This document shows, in pieces, positions 1 to 10,444 of a stretch of 64,000 nt of DNA. This DNA comes from an uncultured Gemmatimonadaceae bacterium (GTDB taxonomy: Bacteria > Gemmatimonadota > Gemmatimonadetes > Gemmatimonadales > Gemmatimonadaceae). The notes under the pieces were generated by a model that worked only from the letters and a program-made list of their open reading frames with translations, did no database searches and was not told the DNA's origin. The stretch is from positions 288,001-352,000 of the forward strand of contig CAWBOC010000006.1 in the NCBI GenBank assembly GCA_963790305.1, written 5' to 3'. The stretch's first letter is position 1. Every line of letters starts with the position of its first letter. The translations under genes and the position numbers were made by a program.

Positions 1-654
1 TTCGAGCGAGCGCAGACGCGCGCGTTCGCGGCCAGCCGACTCGATCTCGAGGCGATGCAGCCCGTGCTCGCCGGGCGCCTTCCGCTGCTCGTCGTCGCCG
101 ACAAGGCGAGTGACATCGAGGCGGCGCTCCGTCTGGCGCGCGACTACAGCCTGCGACTCATCATTGGCAGCGGCGCCGAGGCGTGGATGGTTGCCGACAA
201 GCTGGCGGCAGCGAAGGTGCCGGTGCTGGTCGGGTCGATGGTCAACATCCCCGGAAGCTTTGCCACGTTAGGCGCACGGCAGGAGAATCCCGGCTTGCTG
301 CGGCGGGCGGGAGTCGACGTCGCCCTCATCGGGACGGGCAGCGACCCCGACGCGTTCAACGTGCGCAACATCAAGCAGGAGGCTGGGAACGCGGTCGCTT
401 ACGGGATGACCTGGGACGACGCGCTGCGGGCGATCACGTTGACGCCGGCCGAGCTGTTCGGAGTAGCGGACCGGTACGGCTCGCTACAGCCAGGCCGTGT
501 CGCCAACGTCGTCGTCTGGAGTGGTGATCCCTTCGAGTTCTCCACGCGGGTCGAGCACGTGTTCGTGCGCGGAGTGAGATCGATGGCGCCCTCTCGTCAG
601 GACGAGCTCATGACGCGGTACAAGACGCTCCCACCGTCATACAGGAGGCCGTAA
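1..654 (+). CDS. Amidohydrolase family protein, C-terminal part (5' end outside the window)
   Basis: The frame is open from base 1 (FERAQTRAFAASRLDLEAMQPVL...). The C-terminal motif ALRAITLTPAELFGVADRYGSLQPGRVANVVVWSGDPF is typical of amidohydrolases. Confidence 0.8.
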   Translation, partial: FERAQTRAFAASRLDLEAMQPVLAGRLPLLVVADKASDIEAALRLARDYSLRLIIGSGAEAWMVADKLAAAKVPVLVGSMVNIPGSFATLGARQENPGLLRRAGVDVALIGTGSDPDAFNVRNIKQEAGNAVAYGMTWDDALRAITLTPAELFGVADRYGSLQPGRVANVVVWSGDPFEFSTRVEHVFVRGVRSMAPSRQDELMTRYKTLPPSYRRP

Positions 655-657
655 GGC

Positions 658-695
658 GAATGCGGAAAAGCGGATCATGCATCCGCGTTCCGCGT
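658..695. terminator. Hairpin between convergent genes, built from GCGGA-type short repeats
   Basis: aatgcggaaaagcggat-catgc-atccgcgttccgcgtt has a core stem GCGGAT/ATCCGC and sits at the junction of two convergent stop codons. Confidence 0.4.
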
Positions 696-965
696 TCCCC
701 CCTGCTCGGTCAACTTTGCGTCCAGCGACGCCACCTCGGCTTCATGCGCCGCGAGCGTCGCGGTCAGGCTGGCGTAGAGGTCGGGGTCGATCTCGCGCCC
801 TTCGACTTTGGCGCGATACACCGCGTATCCAAGCGCCTGCGCCGCGCGATCAGCGAGCTGTCGCGCGCGCAACGCCTCGAGGCGAAGCCGCCCTTCGTCG
901 AACGCGCTCTGCGCGACCCGACCGGCGCGGTCGAGCTCGGTGCGGAGTTTTGTCCATAGTGCCAT
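675..965 (-). CDS. Hypothetical alpha-helical (coiled-coil) protein, 96 aa
   Basis: ATG with a GGGAGG RBS upstream. Amphipathic helical sequence (MALWTKLRTELDRAGRVAQSAFDEGRLRLE...). Confidence 0.7.
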   Translation of the reverse strand: MALWTKLRTELDRAGRVAQSAFDEGRLRLEALRARQLADRAAQALGYAVYRAKVEGREIDPDLYASLTATLAAHEAEVASLDAKLTEQGGTRNADA

Positions 966-1043
966 GCGTGCCTCCCGACGAGTGCTGTTTCCTACGGCCG
1001 GCGCGCGGACCCCGTTTCATGACCGCAGCCGTGCAGAATGCGA

Positions 1044-1068
1044 AACGCCCTCACACCGTGAGGGCGTT
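1044..1068 (-). terminator. Intrinsic terminator downstream of rpmA
   Basis: Perfect 11-bp stem aacgccctcac/gtgagggcgtt with a 3-nt loop, about 27 nt after the rpmA stop. Confidence 0.7.
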
Positions 1069-1094
1069 GCATGTCTGCCGCGCGACCGGTCCGG

Positions 1095-1367
1095 TCAGGC
1101 TGCGGTCGTCGACGCCTCGGGATAGACGCTGACCTTATAGCGCGTCTTGTTCTTGTGCTCGAACTTCACGACGCCGTCGATGAGCGAAAAGATCGTGAAG
1201 TCGGAGCCGAGGCCCACGTTGCGTCCGGGGTGGTACTTCGTGCCGCACTGCCGGATGATGATGTTCCCGGCGCGAACGCGCTCCCCCCCGTACTTCTTGA
1301 CGCCGCGATACTTCGGATTGCTATCGCGACCGTTGCGGCTGGAGCCGACACCCTTTTTATGAGCCAT
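1095..1367 (-). CDS. rpmA: 50S ribosomal protein L27
   Basis: [29 protein letters not shown]...[15 protein letters not shown]. Confidence 0.98.
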   Translation of the reverse strand: MAHKKGVGSSRNGRDSNPKYRGVKKYGGERVRAGNIIIRQCGTKYHPGRNVGLGSDFTIFSLIDGVVKFEHKNKTRYKVSVYPEASTTAA

Positions 1368-1376
1368 ACTCGCCTC

Positions 1377-1694
1377 TCAGCCGAGCGTAATGTCGTTGAT
1401 GCGGACCTCGGTGAACCCCTGCCGATGGCCCTGCTTTTTCGAGTAGTTCTTCCGGCGCTTGAACTTGAAGACGACGATCTTGTCGCCCTTGCCGTGCTTG
1501 ACGACTTCGGCGGTCACCTTGGCGCCCGACACGAGCGGCGCGCCGGCGAAGACTTTCGTCCCATCAGAGCCGAGGAGCACTTCGTCGAACGTGATGCTAT
1601 CGCCCGCGTCGGCCTGAAGGCTTGGGATACGGAGCGTCTTCCCCGGTTCGGCACGAAACTGCTTGCCGCCGGTGCGAATGATTGCGTAAGTCAT
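1377..1694 (-). CDS. rplU: 50S ribosomal protein L21
   Basis: MTYAIIRTGGKQFRAEPG...KFKRRKNYSKKQGHRQGFTEVRI. Start placed at ATG 1694. Confidence 0.97.
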   Translation of the reverse strand: MTYAIIRTGGKQFRAEPGKTLRIPSLQADAGDSITFDEVLLGSDGTKVFAGAPLVSGAKVTAEVVKHGKGDKIVVFKFKRRKNYSKKQGHRQGFTEVRINDITLG

Positions 1695-1734
1695 TTGTCT
1701 GCGGGAAGAACCGAGTAACTGATATAGTCGTAAT

Positions 1735-1763
1735 AACTTAGACGGACGGTCAACGCCTGTCAA
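1735..1763 (-). promoter_or_regulatory. Sigma-70-type promoter for rplU-rpmA
   Basis: TTGACA (1763-1758), 17-nt spacer, TAAGTT (1740-1735) on the minus strand. Confidence 0.6.
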
Positions 1764-1877
1764 CTGGGGATCAGGAGTCAGGAGTCAGGGATCAGGGGGT
1801 TTCAGGGGAGTGGGTGAAAGGAGAGTGGCTTACGCGCTCCCTGCCGCCCATTCCCTCAAGCCGCCTGATCCCTGACT
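1764..1877. repeat. Heptamer tandem array (TCAGGAG-type) with a 14-bp inverted copy
   Basis: tcaggag tcaggag tcaggga tcagggg at 1771-1798. agtcagggatcagg (1783-1796) is the exact reverse complement of cctgatccctgact (1864-1877). Confidence 0.8.
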
Positions 1878-3436
1878 ACGCGACGGCGTACTGCTGCGTT
1901 ACGTCCCGTTCCGCTCCCTTCACGACGAGTTTGAACTCATCAGGCTTGAGTAAGGGATCATCGCGCAGCTCGAGGCCAAATCCCGCCTGCTTCTCGAGCT
2001 TTTTCACCAGATCGTGCTCCCGCTCCAGCACGTACATCGCGACGTCTGGATGCAGCTTCACGATCAGGTTGTCGCGACGACCCTCCACCGCCATGCGCTT
2101 CACCGAGCGCTCCATGCGGCGGATGATCGTCTCCGGGGTGAATACGCGGCCGGTTCCCTGACAGGTGGGACACGGCTCCGTCATGTTCTGCAGGTGGCTC
2201 TGTCGCACCCGCTGCCGCGTCATTCTCGATCAAGCCCAGGTCACTGACGCCGAACGCCTTCGTTCGCGCGCGGTCGCGGCCCAGGTGGGTGCGCAGCTCC
2301 TGGAGCACCTTGTCGCGGTTGGCTCGCGTCTCCATGTCGATGAAGTCGCAGACGATGATGCCGCCGATGTCGCGCAACCGAATCTGACGTGCGACTTCGC
2401 GCGCGGCCTCGGTGTTCGTCTTCAGAATCGTTTTCTCGGGATCCTTCTTTCCGGTGTATCGACCCGAGTTGATGTCGATCGACACCAGCGCCTCGGTTTG
2501 CTCGATGATGATGTAGCCGCCCGACGGCAGGTCGCATCGCCGCTTGAACAGGTCGCGGATCTCCGTCTCGATGTCCGCCTTGTCGAAGAGCGGGTTGGGC
2601 GCGTCGTAGAGATCCACGCGCTCGGAGAGCTCCGGCGCGATGCCCTTGAGATACTCACTGATCTCGTTGTAGAGCTGCTTCGAGTCGACCGTGAGCTTGT
2701 CGACCTTCGTGCTGAACAGATCGCGGATGATGCCGCGTGTGAGGCTCGTCTCGCGATGGACGAGCGCCGGCGCGCGCGTGAAGTGGGTCTTCTTCTTCAC
2801 CCGCTTCCAGTTGCTGATGAGGGTGTTGAGCTCGCGCTTGAAGGTTTCCTGCGTGGCATCCTCACCCACCGTGCGGACGATGACGCCGCCGGAATCCTTC
2901 GGGAGCACCTCCTGCACCATCTCGCGCAGTCGCTGACGCTCGGCGCGGTCGCCGATCTTGCGGCTGACCCCGACTCGTGACGCGAATGGCATGTAGACGA
3001 GAAACCGGCCGGCGAGGGAGATCTGGGCCGTGACGCGAGGCCCTTTCGTGGAAATTGGCTCCTTGGAGATCTGAACGATGATCTCCTGCCCTCGCTTCAG
3101 CTGGTCCTGGATGGGCGGCGCCTTGGCGCGGCGCGCGTTCTTCTCGTCGTCGTCGTCGCCGTTGGCGTCGTCTTCGTCGCCATTGTCGTCGTCCTTCTCC
3201 TCATCATCCGCGACGACGAGGTCCGACGCATGGAGAAAGGCGCTCTTCTCGGTGCCGATGTTGACGAACGCGGCCTGAATACCTGGAAGAACCGCCTCTA
3301 CCTTGCCCAGATAAATGTCGCCGACCATCCGCCGCGCATCCGGGCGGTCGACGAGGAGCTCGACAAGCTGGTCATCCTCCAGGATCGCGACTCGGGTTTC
3401 CCGCGGATTCGCATTGATGAGGATCTCTCGCTTCAT
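1876..3436 (-). CDS. Ribonuclease E/G (Rne/Rng family), one frameshift near 2224
   Basis: MKREILINANPRETRVAILED, S1 domain GDIYLGKVEAVLPGIQAAFV, DINSG, IRLRDIGGIIVCDFIDM. LGLIE continues as MTRQRVRQS...CPTCQGTG in another frame because of one extra A in GAGAATG. Confidence 0.92.
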
Positions 3437-3835
3437 ACACACGCATGGCCCGACCCGGTCGTGGCGACTCGACGCACGAGGCGGAGGGGCGCATTCCAAT
3501 GGTGGCGACGATCGCGGGACGTCGACTCGAGGTCGTGCGGCGCGCAATCGCGAATGGGATGGGGGTCTCAGGGAACGTCTGAATCGTCCACGCTCTCCTC
3601 GCCTCGATCAGACACGGCGTAGTCGCGCGCGCTCTCGGGAGCGCTGCGCGGGCCATGTGGTCGAGTGTGGAGCGGGAGATCGTGCGATTCATCGCTTTCG
3701 TGAGCGACAGCGCGCCCGGAGAGTAGACGTTGGCGCGGGATTGAACCGATCCGCACCAACCGGATAGCTCACCGATGGCCTCGAGTCGCCCGGCCAGCGG
3801 TGCACGTGACAGTCGTGAGCGGCTCCTGCGCCGCT
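3437..3835 (-). promoter_or_regulatory. Long structured 5' leader of the RNase E/G gene (putative cis-regulatory RNA)
   Basis: About 400 nt with no convincing ORF between a strong promoter and the ATG. Contains several hairpins (agcggc..gccgct, tcgct-cacgaa-agcga, gcgctc-ccga-gagcgc) and a long-range aacgtct/agacgtt pairing. Confidence 0.5.
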
Positions 3836-3840
3836 GCTCA

Positions 3841-3870
3841 AGTATAGACGCGACCTGTCGGGTTTTGCAA
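3841..3870 (-). promoter_or_regulatory. Sigma-70-type promoter upstream of the RNase E/G leader
   Basis: TTGCAA (3870-3865), 18-nt spacer, TATACT (3846-3841). Confidence 0.65.
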
Positions 3871-3883
3871 CGCCGCCAACGAC

Positions 3884-4438
3884 TTACGCTCCGCGCCGCA
3901 TGCGGAAGATGAGGTAGGCAAGCACTGCGGCGAATCCGAGGGCGGCGCGCCACTCACCGTGCCGCATGTAGAGGTTGAAGTCGAACCCTTCGCGGTCGCC
4001 CGTCCTCGCGGTGGCGGCACGCCAGGGTGTCGGGCGCGGAACGAAGGAGGGAACGTTGCGCTCCCACTCGTCATAGGCCTCGGGAAAGCGCGCGCGAATT
4101 CCCACCCGCTCATCCCGGATCGTGGGCCCGTAGATCAGCACGAAGAACGCAATGACGAGCAGAAGCAGGCTCCAATGGGCAGCGATGGCGAAGCCCGCCG
4201 CGATGAGAAAGGAGCCGAAGTACAACGGGTTCCGTGTGTGGGCGTATGGGCCCGTCGTGGCGAGGCGGTCGTTCTTCACGATGTGGCCCGCCGCCCATGC
4301 TCGAACGAACAGTCCGGCGAACGCGATTGCCGTCCCTACGACGAGGGTGACCAGCGTGGGGCGAGCGACGACGAGGTAGCCGGCAGCGAGCAGGAATCCG
4401 AGCGGGACCCGAATGCGGCGCGCCAGCTCGCGATTCAA
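3884..4438 (-). CDS. Isoprenylcysteine carboxylmethyltransferase / phospholipid methyltransferase family membrane protein
   Basis: [21 protein letters not shown] motif, several TM segments and [20 protein letters not shown] start overlaps the upstream stop (TTGA). Confidence 0.85.
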   Translation of the reverse strand: MNRELARRIRVPLGFLLAAGYLVVARPTLVTLVVGTAIAFAGLFVRAWAAGHIVKNDRLATTGPYAHTRNPLYFGSFLIAAGFAIAAHWSLLLLVIAFFVLIYGPTIRDERVGIRARFPEAYDEWERNVPSFVPRPTPWRAATARTGDREGFDFNLYMRHGEWRAALGFAAVLAYLIFRMRRGA

Positions 4439-5652
4439 TCCGCGAGCTCCCGCAGGAGATGTCGGGCGATCACGATCCGCTGAATCTCGGACGTGCCTTC
4501 CCCGATCTCGCAGATCTTCGCGTCTCGCATCATGCGCTCGACCGGATACTCCTTCGTGTAGCCATAGCCGCCGTGCACTTGAATCGCCTTGATCGTCGTT
4601 CGCATCGCGAGCTCGGATGCGAACAGCTTCGCGATGGCAGCCTCCTTCGCGAACGGCCGGCCGTTCTGCGCCAGCCACGCCGCGTGATAGACGAGGTGAG
4701 TGGCCGCGGCAATCTCGGTCGCCATGTCGGAAAGCTGAAACTGCACGCCCTGGAAGTCGAAGATGCGCTTCCCGAATTGCCGGCGAATGCTCGCATAGCG
4801 GAGTGCCTGCTCGAAGGCGCCCTCGGCGATTCCTAACGAGAGGGCGGCGATCCCGATGCGTCCGGAATCGAGCGTCCGCATGAAGTTCGTGAACCCCTCC
4901 CCTTCCTCGCCGAGGAGGTTCTCGGCGGGGACCTCGACGTCCTGAAAAAAGAGCGCTCGCGTGTCCGACGCGCGCCAGCCGAGCTTGTCCTCTTTCTTGC
5001 CGGCGTTGAATCCCTTCATGACGGGCAAGGAGGCCTCGTGCCCGATTCCAAGCTCGCGGGTCTTGTCGAGGTCGCAGGTCTCCTTCGTGAGGATGAAGGA
5101 GCTGATGCCCTTGGTGCCTTTCGAGGGATCGGTAACGGCAGTGGCGACAAAAATCTCACCCACGCCGGCGTGGGTGATGAAGATCTTCGACCCGTTCAGG
5201 ACGTAGTGTCCGTTCCGACGCTCTGCGGTAGTCCGCGTTCCCGCGGCGTCGCTTCCCGCCGAGGGCTCCGTGAGCCCAAAGCCACCGAGGACGCGGCCGC
5301 TGGCCAATAGCGGCACATAGCGCTTCTTCTGCGCCTCGGTCCCGAAATGGACGATCGGTGACGTCCCGAGCGTGGTGTGCGCGGAGATGGTGATCGCGTG
5401 AGACGCATCGACTTTCGCCATCTCGTGGATGGTCAGGATGTAGGCGATGTAGTCGAAGCCGGCGCCGCCCAGCGCTTCAGACCACGGAACGCCGAGGAGG
5501 CCGAGCTCTCCCATACGCTTCACATTCTCCCAGGGAAACTCGGACCGCTCGTCCAGCGCCGCTGCCACGGGGGCGACGTGCTCGAGCGCGAACTCGCGTA
5601 CCATGTCGCGGACGGCGTAGTGTTGTTCAGTGAAATACAAGGATTCGGTCAT
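4435..5652 (-). CDS. Acyl-CoA dehydrogenase (short/branched-chain type)
   Basis: [61 protein letters not shown]. Alternative start at 5682. Confidence 0.93.
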   Translation of the reverse strand: MTESLYFTEQHYAVRDMVREFALEHVAPVAAALDERSEFPWENVKRMGELGLLGVPWSEALGGAGFDYIAYILTIHEMAKVDASHAITISAHTTLGTSPIVHFGTEAQKKRYVPLLASGRVLGGFGLTEPSAGSDAAGTRTTAERRNGHYVLNGSKIFITHAGVGEIFVATAVTDPSKGTKGISSFILTKETCDLDKTRELGIGHEASLPVMKGFNAGKKEDKLGWRASDTRALFFQDVEVPAENLLGEEGEGFTNFMRTLDSGRIGIAALSLGIAEGAFEQALRYASIRRQFGKRIFDFQGVQFQLSDMATEIAAATHLVYHAAWLAQNGRPFAKEAAIAKLFASELAMRTTIKAIQVHGGYGYTKEYPVERMMRDAKICEIGEGTSEIQRIVIARHLLRELAD

Positions 5653-5662
5653 ACCGGTCTCG

Positions 5663-7756
5663 TCAGGCAGCCTCGGTTCCATCTGCCTCGCGGATAATCG
5701 TCAGAAAACGTTCGCCATATTTGTCGCGACGCGCTGGTCCTACCCCGTGAACCTCCTCGAGGGCGGTGAGCGACGCCGGACGCCTGAGCGCCATCTCGGC
5801 CAACGTGCGATCGGGAAACACGACGTACGCTGGCACCTTTTCTTCGCGAGCGATGCGGCCTCGCAGAGCCTTCAATTCGCCGAGGAGCGCGGCATCGCCC
5901 GAGCCCAGCTCGACATCGTCCACGACCGCTCGCCGCCCTGATCGCGGGGTGGCCGCCGCCACCTGAACGCCCCGCTTTCTGGTCTTTCGTGGCGCGGCCT
6001 CGAGCGTCACGTGCGTGCCCATGCAGTTGTCGCACGAGTCGCATCGGGCCCGCGCCGCGGGGTCGCCAAAATATCGGAGCACGAAGCCGCGGCGGCAACC
6101 GGGGGTGTACGCGTATTTCTGCATCGCCTCGAGCTTCGCCAGGTCGGCAGTGCGTCGCCGATCGCTTGCGCGCCAATCGATACTCCGATCGTCGAGTCGC
6201 GCGCCTGGCCGCGCGAGACGCAGTCCGCTTCCCGGCCGCTCCCACAGCACGAATTGGCGTGATTGCAGCCGGTCGAGGATCGTCCGCACGCCCTGCGGAC
6301 CACCGAATCCGGGTGGGAGCCCCTTGGGCTCGATCAGCACCCCATCGTAGAGACGATCCCCCACCACACGCCACAGTGCCCGGAGAAGGTCGCGGTCGAC
6401 GCGATCGTCGTCACCGAGCTCCCGGCGAATGCGGTCGGCGGACGCGAGCAGCCTCACGAGGATGCGCGAGCTGCTCTCGCCAGCGCTGATGATCCCGTGC
6501 TGCTCCAGCATTCGCAGCGCCGACTCGACCTCTCGTTCACGCGCGCGCCCTCCGACCAGCGCCGGCAACGCACTCGGGTCGAGCTGTACGACGCCCTTGT
6601 CATCAGCGTGGCGTCGCAGCGTTTCGTGCACCGTTTCCACGAGCTTTCGATCCGGGTAGGCCGCGTTGATGAAGAACTCGTGAGTGAACCGGTCCTGAAA
6701 CGCATGCAGAAGTACGCAGGTGGACGGCTTTCCGTCTCGACCGGCGCGCCCAGCTTCCTGATAATACGCCTCGAGTGTCCCGGGCATCGCGTGGTGAACC
6801 ACCACACGGACGTTGGGCTTGTCGATGCCCATGCCGAACGCGTTCGTCGCCACGATCGCTCGCACGCGCTCGTTCATGAATGCGTCCTGCACGTCGCGGC
6901 GATGGGAGTCATCGAGCCCCGCGTGATACCCAACCGCCCGGATCCTCGCGGACTCCAGCACGCTCGTAATGCGGTCGACGGCTCGGCGCGTGGCCGCATA
7001 GACTACCGCAAGGCCCTCGTGCTCCCGAAGCGTCTGCACGAGCGCGACATCCTTGTCGTCGTCGGTACGGGTGCGCACGACATGGTAGCTCAGGTTCGTG
7101 CGGTCGAACCCGGTGATGATCGTTTCCGGCGTGCGCAGCGCGAGCTGGGTCGCAATGTCGCGCCGAACTTCGGGCGTAGCGGTCGCGGTCAGCGCGATGG
7201 TCGGCGGGCCGCCGAGTCGGCTACGCACCTCGCGTATGCGAAGGTAGCTGGGCCGAAAATCATGTCCCCATTCGCTGATGCAATGAGACTCGTCTACGGC
7301 AAGCAGGGAGATTCCGATTGCCTTCAGCCGGTCGGCGAATCCCGGGACATCGAAGCGTTCCGGAGCGACGTACAGCATCCGCAGCTCCCCCCGCTGGGCG
7401 CGTCCCATGCGATCGGCAACCTCGCTGGAGGTGAGACTCGAGTTGATGAACGCCGCGGGAAGGCCGCGAGCCAGCAGGGCGTCCACCTGGTCCTTCATGA
7501 GGGAGATCAGCGGTGAGACGACAACGGTGAGCCCTGGAAGAACCAGCGCGGGCACCTGGTAGCACAGCGACTTTCCACCCCCCGTAGGCAGGATGACGAG
7601 CGTGTCCTTGCCCGCCAGCACCGAGCTCACCGCACGCTCCTGCCCCGGTCGGAAATCCGGGTAGCCAAAGCGCTCGCGGAGAATGGCGCGGGCGTCGTCG
7701 AGAGAGGGGGCGACTGATGTGCTCAACGTGCTCGAGGTGCTCGAGGGGAAAGACAA
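5663..7756 (-). CDS. recQ: RecQ family ATP-dependent DNA helicase with C-terminal HRDC domain
   Basis: [61 protein letters not shown], Zn-binding CRR...[23 protein letters not shown]. Start codon uncertain. Confidence 0.9.
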   Translation of the reverse strand: MSFPSSTSSTLSTSVAPSLDDARAILRERFGYPDFRPGQERAVSSVLAGKDTLVILPTGGGKSLCYQVPALVLPGLTVVVSPLISLMKDQVDALLARGLPAAFINSSLTSSEVADRMGRAQRGELRMLYVAPERFDVPGFADRLKAIGISLLAVDESHCISEWGHDFRPSYLRIREVRSRLGGPPTIALTATATPEVRRDIATQLALRTPETIITGFDRTNLSYHVVRTRTDDDKDVALVQTLREHEGLAVVYAATRRAVDRITSVLESARIRAVGYHAGLDDSHRRDVQDAFMNERVRAIVATNAFGMGIDKPNVRVVVHHAMPGTLEAYYQEAGRAGRDGKPSTCVLLHAFQDRFTHEFFINAAYPDRKLVETVHETLRRHADDKGVVQLDPSALPALVGGRAREREVESALRMLEQHGIISAGESSSRILVRLLASADRIRRELGDDDRVDRDLLRALWRVVGDRLYDGVLIEPKGLPPGFGGPQGVRTILDRLQSRQFVLWERPGSGLRLARPGARLDDRSIDWRASDRRRTADLAKLEAMQKYAYTPGCRRGFVLRYFGDPAARARCDSCDNCMGTHVTLEAAPRKTRKRGVQVAAATPRSGRRAVVDDVELGSGDAALLGELKALRGRIAREEKVPAYVVFPDRTLAEMALRRPASLTALEEVHGVGPARRDKYGERFLTIIREADGTEAA

Positions 7757-7813
7757 CGTGCGACGTTATATGATGGCGCGAGCGCCGTGGCATCGCGATA
7801 GCGCGCCGAGGGC

Positions 7814-10325
7814 CTAGACGGCGCGGGCGAAATGGCCTCGCGTGAATGCATCGCCAACGAGGGATCGGACGGGCTCGAACCGCGGCTGGCGAGCCGCGAG
7901 GAGATCGTCGAGCATCTCGACGGTAGCCCGCGATGACCTGAGCGACCGGCTCGTTGGGGACGTTGAACACCGCGTGGAACCCTCGAATCCCAGCGTTCCA
8001 CAATCTCGACAGATACTCGCTTCCCTCGAGCGGACGTGAATGCAGCAGCCGGTTGCGGCATGCCGTGTCCGTCGCAACGGCGAAGGTGTAGCCGGCCGGG
8101 TCGGTGATCTGCACGACGGCGTGCTTCTGGACGCAGAGGTCGCGGCACGTGGTCGCAACGCGCTCGTAGGCGGCAGACAAGACACAGTGCTCGATCGTCA
8201 TCCCCTCCGGCCTGCCATACACCATCACATCGAATCCTTCCCCGTGCCACGGGGCGACGAGCATTTCCAGCTCGGCCGCCGTCAGCTCGATCGACGCAAC
8301 GACCCGTGAGGCTCCGAGCCGGAAGTACTCCGCCGCGGTGTGACTGTTGAAGCAGTTCACGGCGTAATCCGCAACCACATCGCGTCCCGCAGCGGAGAGC
8401 TCGGCGACGAGCCCAAGATGTCCAGAGAGAATGGGCACATCGAGCGCAAGCCATTTGTCGATGCCCCGGCGCTCTTCTGGACGCACAATGGTCGGCGTAC
8501 GCATCCGGAATCCGACGCCTTGTGACCGCAGCTCGTCGGCGAGCGCAAGGACGCGCGAGCGCGATGGCACGGGATGCCGCAGGAACGGGTCGAACGCGAC
8601 CTCGGTGGCGCCGGCGCGCGCTGCCTGACGAGCGTCCTCCACGCCATAGACGGTCGCGACGAGTCGGGGGGGCGAAGACCCGTTGGCCGCGGTCCGCGCA
8701 GCGACGTCGACCGTTCGGACGGCGGCCTCGATGACAGCGCGTCTCTCGGCGAGTTTCGAGGCACTCCCCCATTGACGCCGCTCGAGCAGCGACTCGACCG
8801 CGGATTGCCGCAGACGGTTGAGCTCGCTCACCGGGAGGAAGAGGCCCGGCTCGAGACCGCTGCTATCGACCGCCCCGAGAGCGAACGGGGTGGTGCCCAG
8901 GCGCCCCAGCTGGTCGCGCAGCTGCCGCTCGTCGAGAGCGCGTTGACGTGCCGGCGAGAGCTGCGTCTCGCTGCGGACCGTCACCGACTCTCCATCAGCG
9001 GTGAACACGGCGCGAAGGTGGGCGCCCGGCGATCCGAAGAGACGCACGTCCAGGCGGGAGGTGCGAGTCCCGTCTGTCTCCGCCACGGCCGTGTAGCTCG
9101 ATCGTGCACGCTCCATGAGCGCGGCGTGGGCGGTGCGCATCACTGTCCATCCCGCTGGAACGAGGGTGGAGGTTCGCATCGCCTGCCTGACGAGCCCGCC
9201 GCGCTCCCACACCGTGCGCACGTCATGCACGGCGAAGCCGACGCTGGTGCCGCGATCGGACGGCGGCGGCTCGAAGCCGAGCCCATCGCCCACGGCGACG
9301 GGCGTGGTCACGTCAACGAGCAGCTCGCCGCGCTCGCGACCCACGACGACGCCGATGCGCAGTCCGCGATTGTCGGGTTGATCGCGCGTGATGTACTCTC
9401 GGCCCGCTCGGCCGCCCAGCATTCCGCCGGTAAAGCCGCGTGAATAGATCTGCACCAGCGGCTCCATGTCCGGCTCGGATGGCGTAACCCGTTCACCGCG
9501 CGCGATGCGCGCCAGGAAATCCCGATACGTCCGGGTCACGGTCGCGACGTATTCCGGCTTCTTCTTTCGTCCTTCGATCTTGAGACAGGAAACACCGAGC
9601 TCGGCCAGCTCATCGAGATGCTCCGCGGCCGCGAGATCCTTCGCCGAGATCAGGTATCCGGTGTCGATGGTCTCGCCTGTGGTCGCGTCGGTCAGCACGT
9701 AGTCCTTTCGGCACGACTGCGCACACGATCCGCGGTTGGCGCTCCGCTCCGAGATCATCCCCGACATGAAGCACTGCCCCGAGTAGGCTATGCAGAGGGC
9801 GCCGTGGATGAACGATTCCAGCTCCAGGTCCGGAACGGCCTCGCGAATGGCGCGAATGTCATCGACGGTATTCTCTCGCGCGAGAACGACGCGGGGAACG
9901 CCCAGGGCTCGCAGGACGCGCGCGCCGCTGGCGTCGTGCACCGTCATTTGGGTCGACCCATGGAGCTCGAACCCGGGATACACACGCTGAACGAGGTGAA
10001 CCAGCCCGATGTCCTGGACGATCGCTGCGTCTACACCGCGATCGATGGCCTCGCCCAGCAGGAGGAGCGCGTCGACGAGCTCGTCCGGTTTGAGGAGCGT
10101 ATTGAGCGTGAGATAGACACGCGCGCCCCGACCGTGTGCGATGCGGCAGGCGCTCGCAAGCTCATCGAGGGTGAGCTGCGCCCCTTCATCCCGAGCATTG
10201 AACCGTTCTGCCCCGAGATAGACGGCGTCCGCGCCATTCGCGACGGCGGCGCGAACGGCCTCGAGAGAGCCGGCGGGGGCGAGAAGCTCTGGGATGCGGG
10301 GCACGGAACCCAAATCTAACGGCAT
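7814..10325 (-). CDS. Peptidase U32 family protein (long RlhA-like form), one frameshift near 7920
   Basis: PELLAPAGS, GADAVYLG, HGSTQM, Fe-S cysteines GALCIAYSGQC...NRGSCAQSCR, LKIEGR. The C-terminus EMLDDLLAARQP...TRGHFARAV* is in a shifted frame. Confidence 0.85.
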
Positions 10326-10326
10326 A

Positions 10327-10433
10327 ATGCGGATGCGGATTGCGGATTGCGGATACAACAACAAAGCCCTCGGGAGGCTTCGGCTTGGCGCCGGGAGCCT
10401 CCCGAGGGTTCTATCCGCATTCCGCAATCCGCA
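10327..10433. repeat. Inverted heptamer (TTGCGGA-type) arms enclosing a terminator hairpin
   Basis: atgcggattgcggattgcggata on the left and tatccgcattccgcaatccgca on the right flank a 13-bp stem. Confidence 0.75.
10355..10408 (-). terminator. Intrinsic terminator after the sigma factor gene
   Basis: Stem ccctcgggaggct (10367-10379) / agcctcccgaggg (10396-10408), followed on the minus strand by ctttgttgttgt. Confidence 0.7.
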
Positions 10434-10444
10434 GTCTTAGCTCT

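Noticed and set aside
3140..3215. GTC/TCG trinucleotide-rich stretch in the RNase E/G gene
   Set aside because: It encodes an acidic low-complexity insert (DDEEKDDDNGDEDDANGDDDDE) in the S1 domain, where variable inserts are common in this family.
3437..3835. tmRNA, RNase P RNA or a known riboswitch in the long intergenic region
   Set aside because: I could not find the tRNA-like ends of tmRNA, the GAGGAAAGTCC signature of RNase P RNA or a recognisable riboswitch core. 6S RNA cannot be fully excluded without an Rfam scan.
7260..10427. 1055-aa U32 ORF overlapping recQ
   Set aside because: The tail after ~7920 is out-of-frame read-through. The natural C-terminus (TRGHFARAV*) ends at 7814.
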